This document shows positions 1 to 12,720 of a stretch of DNA of 64,000 nt, piece after piece (the first letter of the stretch is position 1; every line of letters begins with the position of its first letter). The translations under genes were made by a program, and so were the position numbers. A model generated the notes under the pieces. That model saw nothing but the letters and a program-made list of their open reading frames with translations. It was not told the origin of the DNA and did not search any database. Source of the DNA: Octopus vulgaris. Lineage: Eukaryota. The DNA lies in assembly GCA_951406725.2 (NCBI GenBank), contig OX597825.1:11160001-11224000 (forward strand), written 5' to 3'.

Positions 1-932
1 TGAACCCGGAACCATGTGGTTGGTTAGCAAGCTACTTACCACACAGCCACTCCTGCGCCCGGTATGTTGACCAAAGAAGTAATTCAAAGGTTAGTTGAAG
101 GCCCCGTGAAAAGGAACAACAGTCAATTAAGAGAGAAAAACGTCACTACCTTCTGTTCTCAATGATGTTTTTAATGTTTAGGGTGAGGATTGAAGAATTG
201 AGATGTGGGAGAGAAACACACTCAAAACTAGCAAAAGTGAAAGATGTATATCAAGGCTTGAAATATACAGTAAATAAAGATTCCTAAGTGAAAGAATAAG
301 TCATCATTTAATGTGGTGGACAATCGTATAAGCAAGATGACTAATAAAATGTGTGGATTTAACTGTATTGATTACACACACTATTATACATTATATATAC
401 GTTTGACTGTATGTCTACAAAAATTGTGGATGGGTGTATACATGTATATTTCAGCACTTTTTTTAGAAGTGGGGGATAATTGTGTTGTTACACTTAATTT
501 AATTAGAAATAGCCCTAAAGATTTGGTTTCATATAAAAAGGTTCTTCTTTTGCCTCTACTTCACTGATTACAGGTGTATACATGTATATCTATGTGTTTA
601 TATATATATGTCCTCCTGGCTTTTACAATAGTTTATACATGTATTAATGTCTGAAAGCATTAAGATTAATGGTATAGAAATTGAGAGTAAAGTTTTGTGA
701 AAATATTTCAGTAAAAGGAATAGATTATTTTCTTGTATCAAACCAATTTGTTATCCATACAACATTAAAGTTTACAGTCTCTGTGTTTCTTCAATTTTTT
801 GTAAACTGTTCATTGTAGTGAAAAAATATTTTGACCAATGTTCTCTTAAACATGAACCCTTTTGCCTAAAACTACTTGCAGTACATTTCTTAAAATAGGA
901 AAAATAGTTCCTCTCCTTAGGCTCAACAGATT

Positions 933-1185
933 CATCATCATCATCATCGTTTAATGTCTGTTCTCCATGCTAGCATGGGTTGGATGGTTCGACCGGGGAT
1001 CTGGGAAGCCAGAAGGCTGCACCAGGCTCCGGTCTTATCTGGCAATGTTTCTACAGCTGGATGCCCTTCCTAACGCCAACCACTCCGTGAGTGTAGTGGG
1101 TGCTTTTTACGTGCCATCTGCACTGGAGCCAGGTGAGGCTGGCATCGGCCACGGTCGGATTGGTGCATTTTACGTTCCACCTGCA
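933..1185 (-). mobile_element. RTE-type 3'-end repeat (abundant (GAT)n-tailed family)
   Basis: catcatcgtttaa..ccatgctagcatgggttgga..ctggatgcccttcctaacgccaaccac. Other copies at ~1900-2220(+), 7143-7400(-), 18640-18930(+), 29586-29675(-), 35016-35375(-), 41580-41670(+), 46920-47168(+), 56345-56745(-) and 58572-58755(-). Confidence 0.85.
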
Positions 1186-1382
1186 TGGAGATTATAGAAA
1201 ATAATGCATGTGTGTAGGACCAAACACATAGATACAAAAACAGACAAACATCCAAAACTTAAACTCACAAACAAAATCATATACTCACATACATAGTGAA
1301 TGGATGTGCGCAAATATGCAGATAAAACATGATAACAGGCACACATACATACACAGAAGACTGAGACAAACATACTCTAAAG

Positions 1383-1562
1383 CAGTGATTCCCAAACTTT
1401 TTAGAGTCACGACCCACTATTTATCACACCAGTTTATGATGACCCACTTAACTCTACTGAACTATCTTGATAGACAGCAGTTAATCAAAGCTAATGCGTA
1501 ATTTTATAACTTTTTGTGAACCACTAAGATTCCGTTTGTGACTCATAGTTTGGGAACCACTG
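1383..1562. mobile_element. hAT (Charlie-like) MITE
   Basis: TIRs cagtgattcccaaact / agtttgggaaccactg; perfect 8-bp TSD ctctaaag on both sides. Confidence 0.9.
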
Positions 1563-3151
1563 CTCTAAAGAATATAGCGTGTTTTTTTTTGCGGGGATAA
1601 ACACTATCTTAGCATACAATTAAATTGTAAATGAATTTTAAAGACAGGAAAATGATAGTCTCAGATTTAAAGAGATCTTTGTCATTTCCTTTTACAGCAG
1701 GTCCTTGAAATGCAAGTAAAATTCTAACAAAAAAACGATGTATTTATTACAAATAATCCTTTCTACTAAAGACACAAGGTCTGAAATTTGGGGGGAGGAG
1801 CTAGTCTATTACATCAACCCAGTGTGTAACTGGTACTTATTTTATTGACCATGAAAGGATAAAAGACAAAAGGATAAAATACCATGAAACATTTTGCCTG
1901 GCGTGGCACTCATGCCGGTGGCATGTAAAAAGCACCATCCGTTCGTGGCCGTTGCCAGCCTCGCCTGGCCCCTGTGCCGGTGGCACATAAAAAGCACCAT
2001 CCGATTGTGGCCGTTTGCCAGACTCGTCTGGCACGTAAAAAGCACCCACTACACTCATGGAGTGGTTGGCATTAGGAAGGGCATCCAGCTGTAGATACAT
2101 TGCCAGATCAGACTGGAGCCTGGTGCAGCCTTCTGGCTTCCCAGACCCCAGTTGAACCGTCCAACCCATGCTAGCATGGAAAGTGGATGCTAAACGATGA
2201 TGATGATGATGATGATAATGATTCTGCTAGCTCGCCACTTCATACCTGTTACAAATAATATAAAATGTATGCTTGAAATAATAAATTTATGCAGGATTAC
2301 CATGATTCAAATTCAAAGAATTGACCAACAGGTGAATGCTTTACTTCTCAGTCACTGCCATGTATCATTCTAGTGTTATTCTAAAATGAAATATACTTTC
2401 TGGAGTTCTTTTGCATCCCATAAAAAACCTCCTACTGAAAACTCCAACGGAAATCAACATTTACTGCACTATGATATGCATGTATGAAGTTTATCACTGC
2501 ACATATATTGCTCATGTGTATACGTTTGTGTAAATACATTGTGCAATAACATCCATGTACTTTATATATTTTTATAGGTGTATAGCTTAGTGAATGTATT
2601 GATTCTACTGAGAGAGAGAGAGGGTGGGGGGGGCAGATTGTCCAAACTGCATATTCATATATAGTTTATGTATTTTCTAGACTGAATGCCTATTTGCTGT
2701 TCTTTCATTCCTGCATAAAGATAAGGGTGGGGTGACTCTCATTTCTTATTAATTTTGCTTTATCTCAATATTTCTGATATTTTATTGATCCCTGCTCCTA
2801 CCTATAATGATGAATAATAAATTCATCTTACATATATCACATCTAAATATGTTCATTCCTTTCACAGTAGTTAACTATTGTCATTCTCTGTGGTGGTTTA
2901 ATGATATTTTCACTAGTAAGTTTGCTGTCATATGTTTGACTAATGCGGCATTCAAGTCACATTCACTGTATAACTTGTAGTTCACTACTTTTAAAACATT
3001 CACTGTTTTACATCAACTTTTTTCTCTCTTTACCTTTTTAATTGAATGAATTAATTACCATATTTGATGGCATAAAAGATTCACAGACATATTACATACA
3101 CACTGATTTCATCAGCACATATTCAGGATAAAAACGTTTTTTGTGCATTAA

Positions 3152-3374
3152 ACCTTTTGTTACCAATATTTCTGTTGAGATGCTCTGTGTTTCTTTCAAT
3201 TAATTGTAAATATAACAAAGAATGTAGTAAAATGACTTAGTTATCATTAAGCTAGTGTTAGGAGCATAAATTGTGACTAAGGTTTGATGGAAGATTTTAA
3301 TTCAGAACTTTTGAAAACAAGAGATTTGTACCACAGAGCCAGAGGTGGTTTCAACCAGGTTGGTATCAAAAGGG
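3152..3374. mobile_element. piggyBac-type MITE (same family, diverged)
   Basis: TTAA flanks and the same interior; its right half is duplicated at 3487-3633. Confidence 0.8.
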
Positions 3375-3736
3375 TTAAAGCTTATATTGTAGGCCTGACT
3401 TAAAATATAGGACCTGGGATGATCTTTTGAGATGCTTTTCTTGAAAAACATGGGAGTGTCTTATATGCCATTAAGTGTGGAAGTAATAAAATGACTTAGT
3501 TATCATTAAGCTAGTGTTAGGAGCATAAATTGTGACTAAGGTTTGGTGGAAGATTTTAATTCAGAACTTATGAAAACAAGGGATTTGTACCACAGAGCCA
3601 GAGGTGGTTTCAACCGGGTTAGTATCAAAAGGGTTAAAGCTTGTATTGTAGGCCTGACTTAAAATATAGGACCTGGGATGATCTTTTGAGACACTTTTCT
3701 TGAAAAACATGAGAGTGTCTTATATGCCATCAAGTG
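3228..3736. repeat. tandem duplication, period ~259 bp
   Basis: 3228-3477 is repeated at 3487-3736 with few substitutions. Confidence 0.9.
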
Positions 3737-4220
3737 CGATAATCCTTTACATTTTACTGAAGTTGGCATTAGTGATGCCAAAATCACGACTACATTGTAA
3801 CAGATGTTCAGAAAGATGATTAATAAGATTGTTAAGATTCTCATTTCAATATGTAGAAAATCTGCTTCTTTGCAATACCCCTGCCCCTAATATGCACATC
3901 CAGACACTGCTGAGTGTAAAGACTCAGCTGATTTCTGATATAGTCTATACTACAGGTACTTAAAGATTTAGTTTTGGTTTGGGTTTCATATTACATGAAA
4001 CTGTATACTTTTGATATTTGCAAATGAGGCTTTTTTATTTTATTGTTTCCAGTTTTAAGCCACTTACACCTATTGATAACACTGCAATATATATGTAAAA
4101 TATGCATGTGGTTACTTAAAAGGTTCCGTTAAGATTTTAAAGGTCAAATTCTGTGGCACAACATATTCTGTTTTCTAGCAATGACCAAGTTCCAATGTTT
4201 AAAGAGATTCAACGGTGTAA

Positions 4221-4272
<52 letters not shown>

Positions 4273-4327
4273 TGTTGTGTCTGGAAGTCGATTGTTATGG
4301 CCAGTCAGAGTGACCGTTGCTTTTGAA

Positions 4328-4644
4328 CAGGGCTGGCCAATCTGAGGCCCACAGGCTACATGCGGCCTGCAGACTTTTATCTTGCGGCCCTTTTGATACT
4401 TTCTTGAAAAGGGTTTATTTAAATAAACGTTTTTAAAATTTTATCAAAAATGAAAGATTGTAATGAAAAGCTTTACTACTGTTTTTGCAATATTTCATGT
4501 TGAATCAACGATCATTCATTCATTATTCTAATTAATAACATGAGAAAGCAAAATACTTTCAATCCTGAAGATATACAAGTGACCCTCAAAAAAACTTTCT
4601 GAGATTAAAATGGCCCGCAGTGTAATTCGAGTTGGCCAGGCCTG
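4328..4644. mobile_element. hAT-like MITE nested in another inverted-repeat element
   Basis: TIRs cagggctggccaa / ttggccaggcctg; internal ggccc(a/g)c subterminal motifs. Confidence 0.7.
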
Positions 4645-5054
4645 GTTTTGTGTAAGCAACTTGTAGTCAGATTCAAATGGCTGAAGGCACAGAACCTCTT
4701 GTGCTTTCAACCATTTGAGTCTAATGAGTTGCCTATATGGTCAAGTGCTTTATTGGTGCAAAAACCAATGGCTACTCTCTGACTGGCCATAACAATCAAC
4801 TTCCTAAAAAGATAGGCTATTGCTCTAATGTTTTAGAGTGTGCTTCTTTTTTGGATATCTGAACTACTGATGATATATACATATGATATGCCTAAGGTGA
4901 TGGGCCTGTTTTGTTCAGCTATTTCTACCAATGAATTTTCTGAAAGAGAGAGTTTATACTTTACCCTTTTGCTTAGTAAATGATGTAGATTAAACATTCA
5001 GTAGATTTTAATAAATATGAACCACATTTCTTTTTCATGAAACAAACCAAAAAT

Positions 5055-5092
5055 AACTGATGCGGTCACAGGAGTGTGACGAAAGAACTCTG
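5055..5092 (+). ncRNA. degenerate hammerhead motif
   Basis: CUGAUGC-G-GUCACA-GGAG-UGUGAC-GAAAG-AA-CUC; core A changed to C and stem I is missing. Confidence 0.4.
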
Positions 5093-7713
5093 GCCGAAAT
5101 AAGATTAAGATTAATGTAAAAAATAAATAACACTGAAGCAAAGTAACCCCAAATATATAGTGCGTGTGTTTTTATTGGCTAAATTGGCAAAATGACCATT
5201 CCGAAATACAACAAAAAACCAAAAATATATTTTCTAATTCTCCCATTTCATCTGAAGGGTTTATTTAGGGAAGATTTTTTTGTTATTTTGATTCTTGTCC
5301 ATGTCCATATTCTTATGCATTCTAGTTGCATTTTATTATAAAGTAATATAGTATTTTAATGGGCTGCTAAAACTTTATCCCCTTCTGATGGTGGGGTGAG
5401 TGTTAAGAGAGTTAACATTACTGCACTTACTGAGCACCAAACTCCGAAACAGCTGTAAAGGATTACCTGTATCCTCCTTTCTGTTATTTGTGAAGTTTGA
5501 AAAGGAACTTAGCAGATATTCACCTACCTAAATATAAAGAACTACTACGAAGCATTCCTCTAATGCTTCTCTCTTTTATCTTTGATATTAGAGTATGAAC
5601 TTTCAGGATTTTTATCTTTCTACGAAGAATTACAATGAACTCTCACTTTCCTGATTTTCTTGTGTTCTTTTCTTTCTGCCTAATTGTATTTATACTTGCT
5701 TCTGTATTTTATAAATGCCTTGGTACCATTAACTGCTTGTCCATCTTTTATTTTATTGTACTTTCATTAGCTCAACCAGTACATTGCCTATAGCTAATTC
5801 TTGTTCGGCTGGATTCTATCTCCCTTTATTTGAAAGTGGATTTTTGGTATCTTCTCTGTTCTGAGCACTAATTGTCTATATTATGTACCTTTTTGATGTA
5901 TAACCTATTATATATGTGTGTGTGTGTGTGTGTGCATGCATAATGGGTATAGATATGATTGTACACACACACACACATATGTATATATTAACACAAGTGT
6001 GGACATGCAGTAAAGAAACTTGTCTTGGATTCAGTTGCATTGAATGATGCCTTGGACAAGTATCCTTTACTATAACCCTGGGCTGACCAAAACATGTCAG
6101 GGCATAGGGAAGTATTATCTTGCTTGGAAAGAAGCGAGGGTTGGCACATCTGTATGTGTATATATATTTTTATTTTTGTGTACATGTATCTGTGTGTGTG
6201 TGTATGTGCATTTACGTTATATGTTTAGATGTGTGTTTGTATAATTTTCCTTGTTTTCCGTTTCTTCTCTTGCTGTACATTATAAATTAACTCTTCCCAA
6301 ACTTTTGTTCCCAAGTTCCCCCTTGAGCAATAGGTGAAACAGAATATATATTTTTTCAGACTAATATTATTGATTAAATATTTTCCCACTCTCAGATTTA
6401 TCTTTGAGTTCTAAGTGGCCAGACATAGCTTCGTTTTGAACTTATCACCTTCTGGTGTATCTGTTCGTCTATCACATTACATTGCTAAGGCGGTGAGCTG
6501 GCAAAAGGCGGCAAGCTGGCAGAAATGTTAGCACATCATGCGAGATGCTTAGTGGTATTTCGTCTGCCGTTACGTTCTGAGTTCAAATTCCACCGAGATC
6601 GACTTTGCTTTTCATCCTTTCGGGGTCGATGAATTAAGTACCAGTTACGCACTGGAGTCGATATAATCGACTTAATCCGCTTGTCTTTCCTTGTTTGTCC
6701 CCTCTATGTTTAGCCCCTTGTGGGTAATAAAAAGATAGGTATTTCGTCTGCCGTTACGTTCTGAGTTCAAATTCCGCCGAGGTCGACTTTGCCTTTCATC
6801 CTTTCGGGGTCGATGAATTAAGTACCAGTTACGCACTGGGGTCGATGTAATTGACTTAATCCCTTTGTCTGTCCCCTCTATGTTTAGCCCTTTGTGGGCA
6901 ATAAAGAAATATTTCACATTACATTGCTAATTGCTCTATACCAATTTATCTCACTTTAAACCACCTCTTTTGCCTTTCCACTATCACTACACATCTCTCA
7001 CTCTCCCCTCACACTTTTGCAACCTTCCCCACACTCATCATCTCTCTTTCTATCAACCTTCTGTCTACCCGAGGTCGACTTGCCATTCATCCTTTCGGGG
7101 TCGATAAATTAAGCACCAGTGAAACTCTGGAGTGAACCAGCCTCATCATCATCTTCGTTTAGCGTCCGCTTTCCATGCTAGCATGGGTTGGATGGTTCAA
7201 CTGGGGTCTGGGAAGCCAGAAGGCTGCACCAGGCCCAGTCTGATCTGGTAATGTTTCTACGGCTGGAGCCCTTCCTAACGCCAACCACTCCATGAGTGTA
7301 GTGGGTGCTTTTTACGTGCCAGATGAGGCTGGCAAACGGCCACGATCGTATGGTGCTTTTTACGTGCCACCGGCACAGGGGCCAGGCGAGGCTGGCAGGC
7401 CTTGTGCCTACACCAGAAAGGATTATTATTATTGTTGAGTTTCTCTTCATCACCTCTGTACTGCTAATTAGCACCTATTCTCTGTAACCTTCCCTTGGAT
7501 TCATGATTTATTGATCACCCATCTCTTCACCCCTACCTTTACCTCTAGTCATCCCTCAGTGTATTGGATCTTCACCATCTCTAACCATTCCTCATTGTTT
7601 TCATACACTGTTCCAACCTCTGTCTGTCTACCTTGTTCTTTTGTTTTTAGGACCCACCCTGACATCTTGCTACCATCTCTTTACTGCTTATAGCAGGTAT
7701 CTGATTTCCTCAC

Positions 7714-8371
7714 TGTTTGAGGGACACGGCAGGAATGATCTCCTTTGAGATTACAGCCATCTTTGGCTGGGTTGTTCCTGTTGCGTCCACTGATCTGATT
7801 GGTTGGCATGTGGCATGGTTTGTCTCTGCTTATTTCGCGCCACTAAGCCAACCAATCATGACCTTTGGTTAAGGTCACGTGACACTGGATTTCTTAGGCT
7901 CTGAGTCATTTCTCCTCTATATAAAGGGCTTGATTTCAATACACTAGTTCTTTGACTCTAGACCTGTTAGAGTGATCCTTTCACCAAGTAAAACAGTCCA
8001 TAGCATATTTGCCCAACCTGCCTCCGCCTCGAGACACAGCTTCTTGTATAGAACTCTTGTACATCATGTACTTCATGCATGAACTGGTAATCTAAACTCT
8101 ATCTTAACACTAGACTGAGACTTTCATCTTACACTCTGTATTTCTGTGTTATACACGTTCACCTTTGTCACACACAAACACTTGTTGCATGCACACATAC
8201 ACAACACTCGCTAGCACTCACAACACTTTGACACCGTGTTAATAAAATCTTCTGTTCTCTCAAAGAGTGGAACGGCTTGTCGTCATTCATTTATATTCTG
8301 TTGGCACTGTATTATATAAGCTGCATTATGGCTTATCCTATTTTGTTAGGGATGCGACCGTGTGGCGTACA
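7714..8371 (+). mobile_element. possible solo LTR
   Basis: TG...CA ends, CCAAT (~7852), TATA (ctatataaag ~7917), AATAAA (8241); no clear TSD found. Confidence 0.4.
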
Positions 8372-8463
8372 AAAGGAGACCTATGTCACCAACCACCTCA
8401 CCTACGGTCGTATTCCTACATGCTCTTTCTAGCTTCCACCCTCATTACTCCCAACAACTCTTG

Positions 8464-9268
8464 GGATCTTTTCCTTTTGAATGGCATATGTCAACACAAT
8501 TTCTAGTTAACTAAACACTTTTAAACTTCGTATACTGGTAGAATGTGTTTATAAAACATCATTTTTTTCTTGGCTTTATTGAGAAAATTCTATAGTTTGT
8601 AACATATTTCCACTTTAAAAATCAAGCATTTCGGCAATTTTAACCAATCAAATACGTCCATTTGGAGACAAAACATACCGTGCTGTATGAATATGTCTCT
8701 TGTTTAAGAAACAGATTGGGTTTATTTACATTTGCGAAGAAAAAAAGATACCCTTCCCCCACCCTAACCCCATCCATAACTCTAAAATAGATTGAAATGC
8801 AAAGATATACTAGGGTTATAATTATGGGTGACAATTTCATACGACACTGCTACGGAAAATGGGATTTTTTTCTAGCGGTGTCAAATGAAATGTCACCCAT
8901 AATTATAACCCTAGTATCGATCTTTGCATTTCAATCTATTTTAGGGTTAGGTTTAGAGTTAGGGTTAGGGGTGGGGGGATGGGTATCTTTTTTTCTTCGC
9001 AAATGTAAATAAACCCAATCTGTTTCTTCAACAAGGAACATATTCATACAGCACGGTACGTTTTGACTCCAAATGGACGTATTTGATTGGTTAAAATTGC
9101 CGAAATGCTCGATTTTAAAGTGGAAATATGTTACAAACTATAGAATTTTCTCAATAAAGCCAAGAAAAAATGATGTTTTATAAACACATTCAACCAGTAT
9201 ACGAAGTTTAAAAGTGTTTAGTTAACTAGAAATTGTGTTGACATCTGCCGTTCAAAAGGAAAAGTTCC
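8464..9268. mobile_element. ~800-bp fold-back (long-TIR) element with telomere-like repeats
   Basis: The left ~385 bp is the near-perfect reverse complement of the right arm; a partial second copy lies at 35918-36377. Confidence 0.9.
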
Positions 9269-9779
9269 GAAGGGTATTCCGTCGTAGAAACCAGATCAAA
9301 GCAGACATTAGAGCACGCCGACCCGTCGGGTACTGTCCAATCCATACCAGCATGGAAAACAGACTTTAACAGATGGCACATCCCCGTTATGTCCACAATG
9401 TTTGAGTAGACTTAATATCAACTTGTCTCCCAAACATTTTACGTTAATATCACCGCCTTTGTTGTCCAATATGAATTTTTTTTTTATTAAAGAGGTTCGG
9501 TATGATTTGAGTGAGTTTTGCTACTATTTCCTTCAGGTTGAGACTGCGTGATGCTATTTGTTTATATAATGTTTGCATGACAATGATACATATATACCAC
9601 AGGAATTCGTTTTAAAAGAAATATTGTAGACAAGCCGACGTACTAAATTATTATCATTATTATTATTATTATATAACTAAAATTTTCTCAATATTATCTA
9701 ATTTAGCCCAGTATAAAGGGAAAAAGATCCCAGTATAGTATACTAGTTAAATAAACTGAAGATAATTGCAACTTGTCAA

Positions 9780-9931
9780 ATTGCAAGTTTTCCCGCCATC
9801 ACGCTTTTCACAATCAATCCCATAGTTCATTAGTTGTAATATGGCGAGGCCTTAAGTTCTCCTACACTTCCAATTTTCTCCGGGAGAATCGCTCACATTT
9901 CTTGTAGGATTCTGCTTTTTTTCTACAGACG
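9780..9931 (+). promoter_or_regulatory. candidate distal promoter / non-coding first exon
   Basis: E2F-like TTTTCCCGCCA (9788-9798), YY1-like AATATGGCG, local CpG retention, possible donor G|gtaata at 9931/9932 followed by T-rich sequence. Confidence 0.35.
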
Positions 9932-12449
9932 GTAATATCAATCACTTTACATGTTCAAAATTCTAAATCTTCCTCTTTTATTTAAAGCAATTATAGCTGA
10001 TTTATCCTGTCTTTGTTTTTCGTCCTCCCATGTGACTTCCTATATAAATAACAAATATTTTGATTTTGCTGAATTCTATATCCAAGTCCTCTCTCTATAT
10101 ATTATTTTTCCTACTGTTGAACTGTCATTCAAAGCATATTATAGACATGTAGCTTTGAGTTTATGACGTTCATTACCCTTTTTTTTAGGGGCATACAATT
10201 TAAAAATGATTTAAAAACAAGACCACATATTTGTATACTTCTGTATTGATTTAGGCCATGTTTCTGAGCAGGCAGTCGAGAAATTTAAAAAACTTTTCTT
10301 TGATCAATTCTTTCCTTCTCTCTCAGTATTATTTATACTATAGATGTTGTTTCCATTCTGTTAACTAAAGAAAAATTAAATTATTAAAGGAAGAGTTACA
10401 GATATTTCAAGGGAAATATACTAAGGGAAACCATTGGAATGAATAAATGTTAATTAGGTGATATTGGATGGATACAATCTCTGAATATTTTTCGTTTTTG
10501 TAATTATTGAAACTGTCCATTCTATTTAAGATGTAAGCTTTTCGTAGAAGTAAATATTTACACTGTGTCGCGAGAACCGGTATTCGTTATTTTATAATCG
10601 GGTCATTTTTATTGTCAGCCAGCCAGACAGTTGGGTGGGTACACAAGATGTTTATAGTTTACAAATGTAACAAGTATTTTAATTGTAATTATAATTGATT
10701 TAATTATTAATACTTTTATTAGGCCAACATTGGGTAACAACTGATAATTAAGGGACAGTTTCGTTAAAATATTATAACGAGTGTATATATATATGTATAT
10801 ATGGTACTTGTACAAGTGCCTGTATCTGTATATATATAACAAAAATCTGTTATCTGCTTATTGGAGATAATCTGAAGAGGAAGTAGTTTTTTAATTTTTT
10901 TCTTTTGAACATGCATGGATGTGAATCCCATTTCAGCTTTATTTCTTAGTTATTATGACCTTCCTTATTTAGGTTGTAACATAAAATAACAGGTACTTGA
11001 TACAAGTACCAAAATAACAATTTGTTGTTTGCGCCAAGATCAACCCTTATCGAGCAGACATTTAATGAAAAAAAAAAAACTTCCGCCCATGAACATCCAG
11101 TTTTTTTCCTTCCTGCTTATAGTATATAGGACTACATTACCACTACATTTACCTATTGTGTCCATTTCCTTTTATGATAGCATGATGTTATATTATGGAA
11201 ATTTGGCTGCTACTTCTAGCATGTAGAGTGACCATGTAGAGGTTTGTTCGTTTATGTATTTGTGGTTTTTCTTGCTGATTTTACCAAGTACTCATTTACC
11301 AGCAAGGAGGGAGCTAGAAGAAACTACTGCCTTGATAATCTAGTTTTCAAAATGATGCAATTTAGGGTAAAATACCCACACTTGAAGTATCGTCTAAAAC
11401 ATGGCTACTATTGAAACTATTTTTCAACTGACTAACTTGTATGTTAGGTGTTTGCTACCATGGCTAAATAGCTACTACTGCTACAATCCTGAAGTGAGGT
11501 AGATCTGTTGGTCTGTATTAGGTTAATCTCTATATATTGGCACACGTTATCCCTTATCCATTACACACACACTCTAATATTTTGAGTTCTATTTTCCCCC
11601 TTCGCATCAACATTATATATATTTATTGTAGATACTAATCGACTATTATTGGGCAAAATACCTTGTGGTATTTGTTCCAGCTCTTTACGTACTTAGCACA
11701 AATTCCTCAGAGGTCAGCTTTGCTTTTCATCCCTCCACTGTCTGTAAAATAAACCCTCAGTTAAGTTACTAGGGGGCGATGATATTGCCGACGCCTTCCC
11801 CTAAAAATTTGCTGTTCTTGTGCCCAAAATTAGAATTATTGTTTATGAGAAAGACATGATTGCCTCACAACTGCACTTTTTTTTTTAACAATGTGAGCTA
11901 GTCTTCATACATATGACACCATTACCCATTTGGGGGAGTTGCAAAAATCATAATTCTTCCATAGTAAGGGTTTGTTTTTTAATAACAGTAATAACGTTGT
12001 TGATTACGTCTCCTCCCACTGTGATCAGATCAAGTTACTTGATTGTATCATTCTTATCAAAATAAATCTTTTTGTGAATGATTATATATAGATACATATC
12101 TATATATATATATATATGCAAAATTTAGAGGAATGACCACTAATAGTGGACAGCCTGTATGCTAGAAATAGACGTCAAACTCGCCATTTACCACGAAGAA
12201 TGTGTTCTCAAGAAAAAAATTCAGCAAAAAAACCAAAGTGTAAAAATAAATTTTGTATGTATGAAATTTTTAATCTTCGGATTAAAAAAAAAATGCTAGG
12301 CCACTGGTTTTAATTGATTAATATCGACTTCTACCCTTATTTAATTATATATATATAGTGTGTATATATATATATATATACTTTTTAATCCGAGGGGAGG
12401 CAATGTGAGCAGCAACTTACAAGAACACTACAATTTCTTCGAAATTAAG

Positions 12450-12486
<37 letters not shown>

Positions 12487-12534
12487 GTATAATCTTAATT
12501 TCGAAGAGCCTCAATTGATTTGTAAATATTTTGG

Positions 12535-12720
12535 GTCTATTTGACGTTTCTAACACGTTGGAACTTCCGCCTCCTACCATCTCCTGAAGCCGTGTCTCGT
12601 GTTGTTCCGCACACTTAATTTTTTGGGTTGTTGCAGTCAGCGCACATGTCAAATGACGTAATAGGTGCCAATTTTAATTAGGCAACTATATACAGTGTTG
12701 TTGCAGTTGAACAGATTAAA
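12535..12720 (+). promoter_or_regulatory. candidate proximal promoter / non-coding first exon
   Basis: CpG-enriched patch in AT-rich DNA with ETS-like ACTTCCGC and CRE/ATF-like TGACGTAA and TGACGTTT; possible donor AAA|gtattt at 12720; lies ~1.9 kb upstream of the first coding exon, which starts with an acceptor and so needs an upstream exon. Confidence 0.45.

Noticed and set aside
5431-5452. Minus-strand 22-nt exon (tttacag...gtaagt) of a divergent gene
   Set aside because: No partner exons or recognisable protein were found; compatible with chance.
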